Source: Ranitomeya imitator
Taxonomy: Eukaryota
Length of the DNA: 64,000 nt
Assembly: GCF_032444005.1 (NCBI RefSeq)
Contig: NC_091284.1
Location: forward strand, 802,218,001 to 802,282,000
Direction of reading: 5' to 3'
Shown here: positions 36,850 through 46,959 of the stretch, in pieces
How positions within the stretch are numbered: the first letter of the stretch is position 1
Layout: each line of letters begins with the position of its first letter
Made by a program: the position numbers and the translations under genes
Notes under the pieces: generated by a model
The model's database searches: none
What the model was told of the DNA's origin: nothing
The model's input: the letters and a program-made list of their open reading frames with translations, nothing else

Positions 36850-38095
36850 TAACTAATTAACTAATTACTAACTATGTGTGTGGTTTTTTGTCCTATATTT
36901 TTTTTATCTGATGGCGCTTTATGGCAGTAGGAATAGAATTATGATATCTGTTTTTTATGTTATTTTTTTATGTTTTTTTGTTTTATGTTTTTTATGTATA
37001 CTTTTATATACAGTGTAGTTTTTATATGTGTAGTTTATTGTTTATTTAGTTCTGTGTATGTGGATTGTTGTACGATTAGTATATCATGTGACTGTTGTTC
37101 TAATTGTTATGCACGTGCACATTTTTCTGTATATATTGTACATATATTGTGAGATATATATTCTCTATGTTGGCACATACCCACTATAGCATGACCTTGA
37201 GGGAGTTTGGATTGGGAATTATCCCCCTTTATATCATGGTCATCTATTGAGTAATTTCACATCCTTGTTCTGCTCTGTGGTCCTCAAAGATTTTCTCACG
37301 GTAAAGGGCCGCTATTTCTTTATATGCACTTTTTGCACTTTAATTATATATTATGACAGTTGGCATACATTGTCAACTGTATGAGTTTGTGGATAATTGG
37401 GTAGGGAATTACTCTTTTTTGACATCACTACCTCCTTGTTTGTTCTATGAGATCGGCGTTCTCCCTGCTGCCATTAGCGTTTCCCTCGAGTAAAATGGCC
37501 GTTACTGCACGCGCACATGTGCTCCACGGTGGGGCTTACTGATCATCATCCCCGGCATTCATTTGCGGTGGAGCAGGAAATGATGTCTGGAGGGTTTTCC
37601 CTCGGCCTGCTCTGTACGCCGGAAGTACCGGAGATGTTGTGTGCAGCGTCCCAGATGATGGCGGTGCGCATGCGCCAATCATTTTGCAGCACGGTCATCG
37701 CAGCTGTCGATATGCCCTTAAATATAACCCCAGGTAAGCATAGAAACACGACCCCCCGAGGAAGCTTACGCGAAACGTGCGTCGGGGCCGCCGGACACAC
37801 ACTGGCACCACTAGTTTTCGGGTAAGATTGGCAAAGCTTTATTACCATTACCTATTTTAGGTCTGATTAGTATCAACATATATGGCGGTATTAGGGATTC
37901 GCATGTCCCTTAAGAGCACTATGCACTTTACTAACGTATCTATGATGACTGATATGCCCCCATAAGCCATTGTTGCTCTTGTCCTCTCTATGCCCTAGGT
38001 GTTATTTGCAGTGTATGTTGTCTGCCGTACATGTACTATACGTGTCCCTTGTATGTCATGTCTGTTATTTTATATGATGATATATAATAAAATTT
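36850..38095 (+). mobile_element. pLTR-like fragment of a second Penelope-like family
   Basis: T-rich lead-in, GC-rich core, hammerhead motif at 37752-37787, AATAAA near 38086. Confidence 0.55.
37752..37787 (+). ncRNA. Minimal type I hammerhead ribozyme (CCGAGGA core variant)
   Basis: CCCC-CCGAGGA-A-GC-TTAC-GC-GAAA-CGTGCG-TC-GGGG. Confidence 0.65.
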
Positions 38096-39194
38096 GTTAC
38101 GCTTTTTAGCCTGTTACGCTCTTTGGGTTTATTGATACTCCATAGTTTTTCTGTAGGATTAATAGTCTCCATTATGTCTGCATACTGTTCCCATACAGGG
38201 TCATCACTTTCCCATAAAGCACATCCCCTGCTTCCGAGCATGCTCAGTCCCACATAACAGATCCGTGCTCCATGGTAATTCCAGACGTGTAGCCACAGGT
38301 CCGTGCGGGTCCCTGTGCCTGCGTGTTTTTCAGATGACACAAAGCTGCAACAAGTTGTGTTTTTCTGCGTCTGGTAAAATTATGCAGACACACGGATCTG
38401 TGGGAAAATGGTGACAACTGGATGCACACGCAAGTCCCATCCGTCACCATTGAAAGTCAATGGAGACTAAAACGGATCAGTGTGCAGCCATTGTCACACA
38501 CAATGCGAAATATGCAAGTGTGAAACCAGCATAACTATATATAATGATTGGAGCTGTGAAACACAGGTTTTGCCTAAAATCACTTTATATTACCCTCAGC
38601 AGCAACAACCGACATCGTCCATCCTCCTCCCTATATGTTCCTTTCCTGAATCCTCCTCAGTCCTGACTAATACTATGTTACCAAACAATCTGCTGAGTCC
38701 CTCCTCCTATACATACATATATGTACATGCCATGGATGAGGCCACTATGCTGTCGCTCCTCCTATACATATACACAGTATATAATGCCATGGATGAGGCC
38801 AGTAAAGTATATCTTTATTTGGGACTAAGGTAACTCAGATCCTGACTCCAGCACTGAAGGATGGTGTAACACTAATGCTTGCATTAGACTGATGGCACTT
38901 AAGGGTTACACAATAGGAAGCCCTTTTTTTCTTTTCTCATCCACCCTGTCCTGTGCTTGTCTGCACCATTTCTCCAGTACTCACAGGCATTTACTAACAG
39001 TCCACAGATACCTCTCTCCTCACTGCTCCTCCCACATGAGTCACAGTCAGGGTTCACTGAATCTGATAAGCTCCAGGCACCAGCCAAGAAAGAAAAACAA
39101 AAGACTTGGCTCACTCACACTCCAGAGCCCACTCCTTTCATTCACAGCAGGGAGCCGGCTCTTTGTGTTGGCTCATTCATTCATTCAAGGACAC

Positions 39195-39265
39195 ATCAAT
39201 TCAATTCAATTCAAATGAGCTTTATTGGCAGGACTAAGTACAGGTTAGCATTGCCAAAGCATATG
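39195..39265 (-). mobile_element. LINE 3' tail fragment ((TTGAA)n), inverted relative to 28570-28790
   Basis: Plus strand attcaattcaattcaaatgagctttattggcagg. Confidence 0.6.
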
Positions 39266-39442
39266 GTAAAAATACAGGGGTGGGGGAGGGAGGCATATAG
39301 AGGTCCAGGATATATAAGACTCCTTTTAGAGGATAGGGGTCACATCACTATCCTGAATAGTTGGTGCAGCTGTGTCTGTGACTGGTCACTGGCGGACACT
39401 GTGCAGCCTCGTCTCAGGCACCAGAGAGTACGTGAACAGCAG

Positions 39443-40474
39443 ATGATGGATGCCCTCACAGAGGCCCTTGCAGGGAGCTTCGCGGTTTCTTCCCACCTCA
39501 ATAGTACTTCAGCTCCTCATCCAAGATTAGCGCAGTATAAAGGCAAATCCAGCTCTCTGGAGCAGAGCGAGCGCAGGAGGAAACTGCTGGAACTACAGAA
39601 ACTAAAGCGCTTGGACTATATCAACCATGCTCGCCGGCTCGCATCTGGGGATTGGACAGACCAAGATGAAGAGAAGGATGAGGATGGGAAACAAACAGAA
39701 GACGAAGACGCAGAGGACATGAATGTGGAGCCTTGCAAAAAGAAACCCAGACATTATGCTAACCAAATTATGCTTCCTGAGTGGCTAATAGAAATTCCTC
39801 CAGATCTGGCTGATTTTTGGATTCTTGTAGTCTGCCCCACTGGAAAGCGTTCTTTAGTTGTGGCTTCACAGGGTTCTACTGCAGCTTACAATAAAAGTGG
39901 GTACTGCGTGAACAGGTTTCCATCATTACTACCAGGTGGAAATCCGCATAACAGTGCTACTGGTAAAGACTACACTATCCTGGACTGCATATATAACGAG
40001 GAGTCTCACACATATTACGTGTTAGATGTCATGTGTTGGAGGGGAGACTCGGTGTACGACTACCACACTGACTTTCGTTTTTACTGGCTCCAAGCAATGC
40101 TGCAGGAAGATGGGTTTGGTAATATTTCCAAGATCAACCCTTTCAAGTTCGTTAGTCTGCCGAATTTCCCCTGTTCGTTGGATTCCATTCAGAGTGTCCT
40201 CACACAGTCCTATCCCTACAAGGTGGACGGCCTGTTATTTTACCACAGGCGCACACACTATATTCCAGCTAGTACTCCGCTGGTTGGGTGGCTCCATCCA
40301 TACATGGCACCTGAAATTCTAGGATTTCCTGCCCCACCAGGACCCCTTACAGAAAAGCCAGCATATGCACAAGAGCAAATGCGACAGATTCTTGAACACA
40401 AGAAGGATGGGAAAGGAGCAGCGGAGGGTGGACGTTATGAACTGGAACATCTGTCAACAATCCCTCCATCCTAA
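39443..40474 (+). CDS. SNUPN: Snurportin-1 intronless retrocopy with an open reading frame (343 aa from the first ATG); function unproven
   Basis: IBB region [68 protein letters not shown]. Colinear with the vertebrate SNUPN sequence as recalled, with no introns. Confidence 0.93.
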   Translation: MMDALTEALAGSFAVSSHLNSTSAPHPRLAQYKGKSSSLEQSERRRKLLELQKLKRLDYINHARRLASGDWTDQDEEKDEDGKQTEDEDAEDMNVEPCKKKPRHYANQIMLPEWLIEIPPDLADFWILVVCPTGKRSLVVASQGSTAAYNKSGYCVNRFPSLLPGGNPHNSATGKDYTILDCIYNEESHTYYVLDVMCWRGDSVYDYHTDFRFYWLQAMLQEDGFGNISKINPFKFVSLPNFPCSLDSIQSVLTQSYPYKVDGLLFYHRRTHYIPASTPLVGWLHPYMAPEILGFPAPPGPLTEKPAYAQEQMRQILEHKKDGKGAAEGGRYELEHLSTIPPS

Positions 40475-40814
40475 GAAAAGACTGCTGGCACACGCTCTCC
40501 TGGATGGTGCGCACATTCATTGCTGCTGTTCATATAACACCACCTGTGCTTTGACCTTAATATTGTTCTGGACCTGATATGGAGTTAATGTACAGCGGTG
40601 CACTATTTATAAACCTGCAGAATACATTTTATAGCTTTTTTTTATAAAGATACATTTTCATATTTCTCATTACTATGTATGCATTCCTCTAGCTCGTATG
40701 GGTATGGTGAGATTGCGGTACTAGTCCATGTGTTGCCAGTAGGTACTTTTTTGTTTTTCTCATTTCCCTTTGGTTCTTTCCTTCCCCTCTTTTTTTCTTT
40801 ATTCAGCATCTCTT

Positions 40815-41497
40815 TTCCTTCCACAGCTCCACCTAGGAGCCCTTTTCATAGAATTGTTTTCCTTCTGCGGTGTTTCCTTTTCATAATTCATTCTACAACA
40901 AGGTCAGTTCATTTGTTTACACTTCCCCGGTATATTGACTCGTCAAATTATCTTTTGTTGCATATTTTAGACTATATGTGGTGCCCTCTGCCTGCGCTTA
41001 CGCCATATCATGCTTATATCTGCATCATGGATTGCAACCTACGTTCACCCTTATATGGGCATTGTGTGTATATATTGTATATATTATACATGTATTTGAT
41101 ATATGTCACTGTATGTAGTTCCACATGCATTTTTCTATTGGTATCGGATCTCTCTCTATTTGATATCGGAACTTATTCTATCCGATTGGCATGTTTGTAT
41201 ATTGCTTTTGTATACAGTTCTGGCATATTACTTTTTACTTCAACATCCAATGTACTGTATCTTTATTGTTTTTTCCAGTGAGGTTTGATAAAGGCCCATT
41301 ATGGGGTCGAAACGTTACCTCAACACCCTTATGCTACTGTTTTGAATACAATAAAATATCACTCAATTTTTGCATTTGAAAACCTATACCTTGAGTGCGG
41401 CTGTTTTTTTATAACTATGATTTAACTGGATCTTATCCGGGTTCAGACTGCACCTATCCTTACTTATCTGAGTGCACGCCATTTTTTTCATAAATAA
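40815..41497 (+). repeat. 3' pLTR of the Penelope-like element
   Basis: Direct repeat of 8602-9085 and inverted repeat of 8180-8602; ends about 45 nt short of the position equivalent to the ORF ATG. Confidence 0.85.
41279..41322 (+). ncRNA. Minimal type I hammerhead ribozyme, U3-A8 core variant (best-preserved copy)
   Basis: TGAGGT-TTGATAA-A-GGCCC-attatg-GGGTC-GAAA-CG-TT-ACCTCA; predicted cleavage after 41316. Confidence 0.75.
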
Positions 41498-41499
41498 GT

Positions 41500-41660
41500 C
41501 AGCCTCTGTTTGAAGACTTCCATTGAAGGAGAACTCACCACCCCTCGTGGCAGCCTGTTCCACTCATTGATCACCCTAACTGTCAGAAGTTTTTTTCTAA
41601 TATCTAATCGGTATCTCCTCCCATTCAGTTTCATCTCATTGCTTCTAGTCTTTCCTAGTC
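41500..41660 (-). mobile_element. CR1 (family 2), right part of the split fragment
   Basis: cagcctctgtttgaagacttccattgaagg continues the sequence ending at 8179 with a 15-bp overlap. Confidence 0.75.
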
Positions 41661-41866
41661 TTTTTTAGTCTGCTACTCCTCTCTTCCTCCTCATTCCCAT
41701 CCTCCGCCCATCCACATGGGTGAGACAGGACAAAGGTTGTGTAGCTTCTAGCCTCTGTTGCGCTAGCCACCAGCTCCTGCAAGACACAAGAAGAATGCAC
41801 ATATGTATAGGGAACACCCAAACAAGTTAAACACTCAATTTATTATAGAAAAAGTCATAACACTAA

Positions 41867-42556
41867 AGGTACCGTCACATTTAGCGACGCTGCAGCGATC
41901 AAGACAATGATGCCGATCGCTGCAGTGTCGCTGTTTGGTCCCTGGAGAGCTATGCCGAAGTCCCCTGGTAACCAGGGTAAACATCGGGTTACTAAGCGCA
42001 GGGCCACGCTTAGTAACCCGATGTTTACCCTGGTTACCAGTGTAAATGTAAAAAAACCTAACACTACATACTTACATTCCGGTGTCTGTCCCGCCCCCCA
42101 TCGTTCTGCTTCCCTTCACTGTAAGTGCCGGCCGTAAAGCAGAGCGGTGACGTCACTGCTGTGCTCTGCTTTACGGCCAGCCGGTGCTGACAGTGCAGGG
42201 AAGCAGAACGACGGGGGACGCGACAGACACCGGAATGTAAGTATGTAGTGTTTGTTTTTTACATTTACACTGGTAACCATGGTAAACATCGGGTTACTAA
42301 GCGCGGCCCTGCGCTTAGTAACCCGATGTTTACCCTGGTTACCAGTGAAGACATCGCTGAATCGGCGTCACACACGCCGATTCAGCGATGTCTGCGGGAG
42401 ATCCAGCGATGAAATAAAGTTCTGGCCTTTCTGCTCCGACCAACGATGTCACAGCAGGATCTAGATCGCTTCTTCGTGTCAAACTCAACGATATCGCTAT
42501 CCAGGACGCTGCAACGTCACGGATCGCTAGCGATATCGTTCAGTGTGAAGGTACCA
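41867..42556. mobile_element. AGGTACC-family MITE
   Basis: TSD TAA/TAA; last TIR base mutated. Confidence 0.88.
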
Positions 42557-43051
42557 TAAGGACACAACAATTTAATAACATTTAAAACTATTTTGAAAAT
42601 CCAAAAAGGCCATGCCCAATAATATACATAGTAACATAGTTAGTAAGGCCGAAAAAAGACATTTGTCCATCCAGTTCAGCCTATATTCCATCATAATAAA
42701 TCCCCAGATCTACGTCCTTCTACAGAACCTAATAATTGTATGATACAATATTGTTCTGCTCCAGGAAGACATCCAGGCCTCTCTTGAACCCCTCGACTGA
42801 GTTCGCCATCACCACCTCCTCAGGCAAGCAATTCCAGATTCTCACTGCCCTAACAGTAAAGAATCCTCTTCTATGTTGGTGGAAAAACCTTCTCTCCTCC
42901 AGACGCAAAGAATTCCCCCTTGTGCCCATCACCTTCCTTGGTATAAACAGATCCTCAGCGAGATATTTGTATTGTCCCCTTATATACTTATACATGGTTA
43001 TTAGATCGCCCCTCAGTCGTCTTTTTTCTAGACTAAATAATCCTAATTTCC

Positions 43052-45499
43052 CTAATCTGGGTATTGTAGTTCTCCCATCCCCTTTATTAATTTTGTTGCC
43101 CTCCTTTGTACTCTCTCTAGTTCCATTATATCCTTCCTGAGCACCGCTGCCCAAAACTGGACACAGTACTCCATGTGCGGTCTAACTAGGGATTTGTACA
43201 GAGACAGTATAATGCTCTCATCATGTGTATCCAGACCTCTTTTAATGCACCCCATGATCCTGTTTGCCTTGGCAGCTGCTGCCTGGCACTGGCTGCTCCA
43301 GGTAAGTTTATCATTAACTAGGATCCCCAAGTCCTTCTCCCTGTCAGATTTACCCAGTGGTTTCCCATTCAGTGTGTAATGGTGATATTGATTCCTTCTT
43401 CCCATGTGTATAACCTTACATTTATCATTGTTAAACCTCATCTGCCACCTTTCAGCCCAAGTTTCCAACTTATCCAGATCCATTTGTAGCAGAATACTAT
43501 CTTCTCTTGTATTAACTGCTTTACATAGTTTTGTATCATCTGCAAATATCGATATTTTACTGTGTAAACCTTCTACCAGATCATTAATGAATATGTTGAA
43601 GAGAACAGGTCCCAATACCGACCCCTGCGGTACCCCACTGGTCACAGCGACCCAGTTAGAGACTATACCATTTATAACCACCCTCTGCTTTCTATCACTA
43701 AGCCAGTTACTAACCCATTTACACACATTTTCCCCCAGACCAAGCATTCTCATTTTGTGTACCAACCTCTTGTGCGGCACGGTATCAAACGCTTTGGAAA
43801 AATCGAGATATACCACGTCCAATGACTCACCGTGGTCCAGCCTATAGCTTACCTCTTCATAAAAACTGATTAGATTGGTTTGACAGGAGCGATTTTTCAT
43901 AAACCCATGCTGATATGGAGTTAAACAGTTATTCTCATTGAGATAATCCAGAATAACATCCCTCAGAAACCCTTCAAATATTTTACCAACAATAGAGGTT
44001 AGACTTACTGGCCTATAATTTCCAGGTTCACTTTTAGAGCCCTTTTTGAATATTGGCACCACATTTGCTATGCGCCAGTCCTGCGGAACAGACCCTGTCG
44101 CTATAGAGTCCCTAAAAATAAGAAATAATGGTTTATCTATTACATTACTTAGTTCTCTTAGTACTCGTGGGTGTATGTCATCTGGACCCGGAGATTTATC
44201 CATTTTAATCTTATTTAGCCGGTTTCGCACCTCTTCTTGGGTTAGATTGGTGACCCTTAATATAGGGTTTTCATTGTTTCTTGGGATTTCACCTAGCATT
44301 TCATTTTCCACCGTGAATACCGTGGAGAAGGTGTTTAATATGTTAGCTTTTTCCTCGTCATCTACAACCATTCTTTCCTCACTATTTTTTAAGGAACCTG
44401 CATTTTCAGTTTTTATTCTTTTACTATTGATATAGTTGAAGAACAGTTTGGGATTAGTTTTACTCTCCTTAGCAATGTGCTTCTCTGTTTCCTTTTTGGC
44501 AGCTTTAATTAGTTTTTTAGATAAAGTATTTTTCTCCCTATAGTTTTTTAGAGCTTCAATGGTGCCATCCTGCTTTAGTAGTGCAAATGCTTTCTTTTTA
44601 CTGTTAATTGCCTGTCTTACTTTGTTTAGCCACATTGGGTATTTCCTATTTCTAGTCCTTTTATTCCCACAAGGTATAAACCGCTTACAGTGCCTATTTA
44701 GGATGTTCTTAAACATTTTCCATTTATTAGCTGTATTCTTATTTCTGAGGATATTGTCCCAGTCTACCAGATTAAGGGCATCTCTAAGCTGGTCAAACTT
44801 TGCCTTCCTAAAGTTCAGTGTTTTTGTGACTCCCTGACAAGTCTCCCTAGTGAAAGACAGGTGAAACTGTACAATATTGTGGTCGCTATTTCCTAGATGC
44901 CCGACCACCTGCAGATTTGTTATTCTGTCAGGTCTATTAGATAGTATTAGGTCTAAAAGTGCTGCTCCTCTGGTTGGATTCTGCACCAATTGTGAAAGAT
45001 AATTTTTCTTGGTTATTAGCAGAAACCTGTTGCCTTTATGGGTTTCACAGGTTTCTGTTTCCCAGTTAATATCCGGGTAGTTAAAGTCCCCCATAACCAG
45101 GACCTCATTATGGGTTGCAGCTTCATCTATCTGCTTTAGAAGTAGACTTTCCATGGTTTCTGTTATATTTGGCGGTTTGTAACAGACCCCAATGAGAATT
45201 TTGTTACCATTTTTCCCTCCATGAATTTCAACCCATATGGACTCGACATCCTCATTCCCTTCGCTAATATCCTCCCTTAAAGTGGACTTTAGACAAGACT
45301 TTACATAGAGACAAACCCCTCCTCCTCTCTGATTTTTACGATCCTTTCTAAACAGACTGTAACCCTGTAAGTTAACTGCCCAGTCATACCTTTCATCTAA
45401 CCAGGTCTCGGTTATTCCCACTATGTCAAAGTTACCTGTAGATATTTCTGCTTCTAGTTCTTCCATCTTGTTTGACAGGCTTCTGGCGTTTGCGAGCAT
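43052..45499 (-). CDS. CR1 ORF2 (APE endonuclease + RT); frameshifted near the C-terminus, remainder to 42729
   Basis: [50 protein letters not shown]. Confidence 0.92.
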   Translation of the reverse strand: MLANARSLSNKMEELEAEISTGNFDIVGITETWLDERYDWAVNLQGYSLFRKDRKNQRGGGVCLYVKSCLKSTLREDISEGNEDVESIWVEIHGGKNGNKILIGVCYKPPNITETMESLLLKQIDEAATHNEVLVMGDFNYPDINWETETCETHKGNRFLLITKKNYLSQLVQNPTRGAALLDLILSNRPDRITNLQVVGHLGNSDHNIVQFHLSFTRETCQGVTKTLNFRKAKFDQLRDALNLVDWDNILRNKNTANKWKMFKNILNRHCKRFIPCGNKRTRNRKYPMWLNKVRQAINSKKKAFALLKQDGTIEALKNYREKNTLSKKLIKAAKKETEKHIAKESKTNPKLFFNYINSKRIKTENAGSLKNSEERMVVDDEEKANILNTFSTVFTVENEMLGEIPRNNENPILRVTNLTQEEVRNRLNKIKMDKSPGPDDIHPRVLRELSNVIDKPLFLIFRDSIATGSVPQDWRIANVVPIFKKGSKSEPGNYRPVSLTSIVGKIFEGFLRDVILDYLNENNCLTPYQHGFMKNRSCQTNLISFYEEVSYRLDHGESLDVVYLDFSKAFDTVPHKRLVHKMRMLGLGENVCKWVSNWLSDRKQRVVINGIVSNWVAVTSGVPQGSVLGPVLFNIFINDLVEGLHSKISIFADDTKLCKAVNTREDSILLQMDLDKLETWAERWQMRFNNDKCKVIHMGRRNQYHHYTLNGKPLGKSDREKDLGILVNDKLTWSSQCQAAAAKANRIMGCIKRGLDTHDESIILSLYKSLVRPHMEYCVQFWAAVLRKDIMELERVQRRATKLIKGMGELQYPD

Positions 45500-45634
45500 G
45501 CAGTTTAGAGGATTTTGTTTTGTTCCAATCTCCTCCCTGTGGATTGTTTTAGAAATGTTCTTACCTCCCTTCTGAGTAGGTTTTCCTGGGTCTTCTTTGT
45601 TCGAGTAATGTTTTTCTTCCCGTCCCCTCTTCTT

Positions 45635-46594
45635 CTAGTTTAACGCCCTCCTGATGAGTGTAGCGAGTCTTCTGGCAAATGTGTGTTTCCCAGGTTTGTT
45701 GAGGTGTAGTCCGTCTCTGGCGAGGAGTCCATCGTACAAGTAATTCACACCGTGGTCCAGGAATCGGAATCCGAATCCTTGTTGTCTGCACCATCGTCTT
45801 AGCCAGTTGTTTGCATCAAGGATCCTGTTCCATCTCCTGTTGCCATGCCCGTCTACTGGAAAAATAGAAGAAAATACTACCTGTGCATCCAGTTCCTTTA
45901 CTTTCTTCCCCAACTCTTCAAAGTCTTTGCAGATTGTCGGCAGGTCCTTCCTTGCCGTGTCATTGGTGCCAACATGTATCAGAAGAAATGGGTGGACGTC
46001 CTTGGAGCTGAAGAGCTTTGGTATCCTATCGGTCACATCCTTGATCATCGCACCTGGAAGGCAGCATACTTCTCTTGCAGTTATGTCCGGTCTGCAGATG
46101 GCTGCTTCTGTGCCTCTCAGTAGTGAGTCTCCCACCACCACCACTCTTCTTTGCTTCTTGGCTGTACTTTTTGCTGTCACTTGTTGCTGTGTGCCCTTTT
46201 CTTTTTTGCTTGCTGGTATTGCTTCATCCTTAGGTGTGCCATCTTCATCCTCTACAAAGATTTGATATCGGTTCTTCAGTTGTGTGGTTGGTGATTTCTC
46301 CATGGTCTTCTTGCTTCTTTTGGTCACATGCTTCCACTCATCTGCTTTTGGAGGTTCTCTGACACTTTTTTCACCTTCTGTGACCAGTAGAGATGCTTCT
46401 GTTCTATCTAGAAAGTCTTCATTCTCTTTGATGAGTTTCAAAGTTGCTATTCTTTCTTCCAGACCCCGCACCTTTTCTTCTAAAAGGGCCACTAGTCTAC
46501 ACTTCTGACAGGTGAAATTTGATTCTTCTTCTGGTCGATCTGTGAACATGTAGCACATGCTGCAGCTCACCATGTAGGTTGTCACATCTGCCAT
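45635..46594 (-). CDS. CR1 ORF1 (Cys-rich N-terminus, coiled coil, SGNH esterase-like domain), 319 aa
   Basis: CSMC..CQKC, VVGDSL, HVGTND, DGLHL. Confidence 0.9.
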   Translation of the reverse strand: MADVTTYMVSCSMCYMFTDRPEEESNFTCQKCRLVALLEEKVRGLEERIATLKLIKENEDFLDRTEASLLVTEGEKSVREPPKADEWKHVTKRSKKTMEKSPTTQLKNRYQIFVEDEDGTPKDEAIPASKKEKGTQQQVTAKSTAKKQRRVVVVGDSLLRGTEAAICRPDITAREVCCLPGAMIKDVTDRIPKLFSSKDVHPFLLIHVGTNDTARKDLPTICKDFEELGKKVKELDAQVVFSSIFPVDGHGNRRWNRILDANNWLRRWCRQQGFGFRFLDHGVNYLYDGLLARDGLHLNKPGKHTFARRLATLIRRALN

Positions 46595-46959
46595 GTTGCT
46601 CCTAGATCCTGCTGACTTGCTGTGTGTTTTCCTTCTTGTGTAATCTACTCAGCCAAGCTTTCTTGCAATAATGTCCTACAGGCAAGCAGCTGGTCCCGGC
46701 TGTACCCAACGATCTTCTAGCTTAGGGAGACTCTTCGCTTTTCCCAGAAGGCACCTGGAATATGCAATTTAGCCTCCTCAAGCTTGAATCCCTGGTTTGG
46801 TGATGCTTTCCAAGCAGCTGGTCCCGGCTGTACCCAACGATCTTCTAGCTTAGGGAGACTCCCTGCGTGCTTCCCTGAGACCCCCGGAGTAACACGATGT
46901 TATCGCGTTGCTCTGAGCGTCTTACCTCCTCTTCCTGCTCAGAGCAGGCATCAGGAAGC

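Larger units (their letters stand above)
42626..46860 (-). mobile_element. Full-length CR1 LINE (5' UTR, ORF1, ORF2, octamer tail)
   Basis: ORF1 and ORF2 in tandem, (GTTACTAT)n tail at ~42626-42650. Confidence 0.92.

Noticed and set aside
38957-39442. 162-aa N-terminal extension of the 505-aa ORF ahead of SNUPN
   Set aside because: It starts at a non-ATG codon and runs through an antisense LINE tail and an (attc) microsatellite. SNUPN homology begins only at the ATG at 39443/39446.
42600-46880. TSD for the full-length CR1
   Set aside because: No matching flanks found by eye, and the two flanks appear to belong to different elements.
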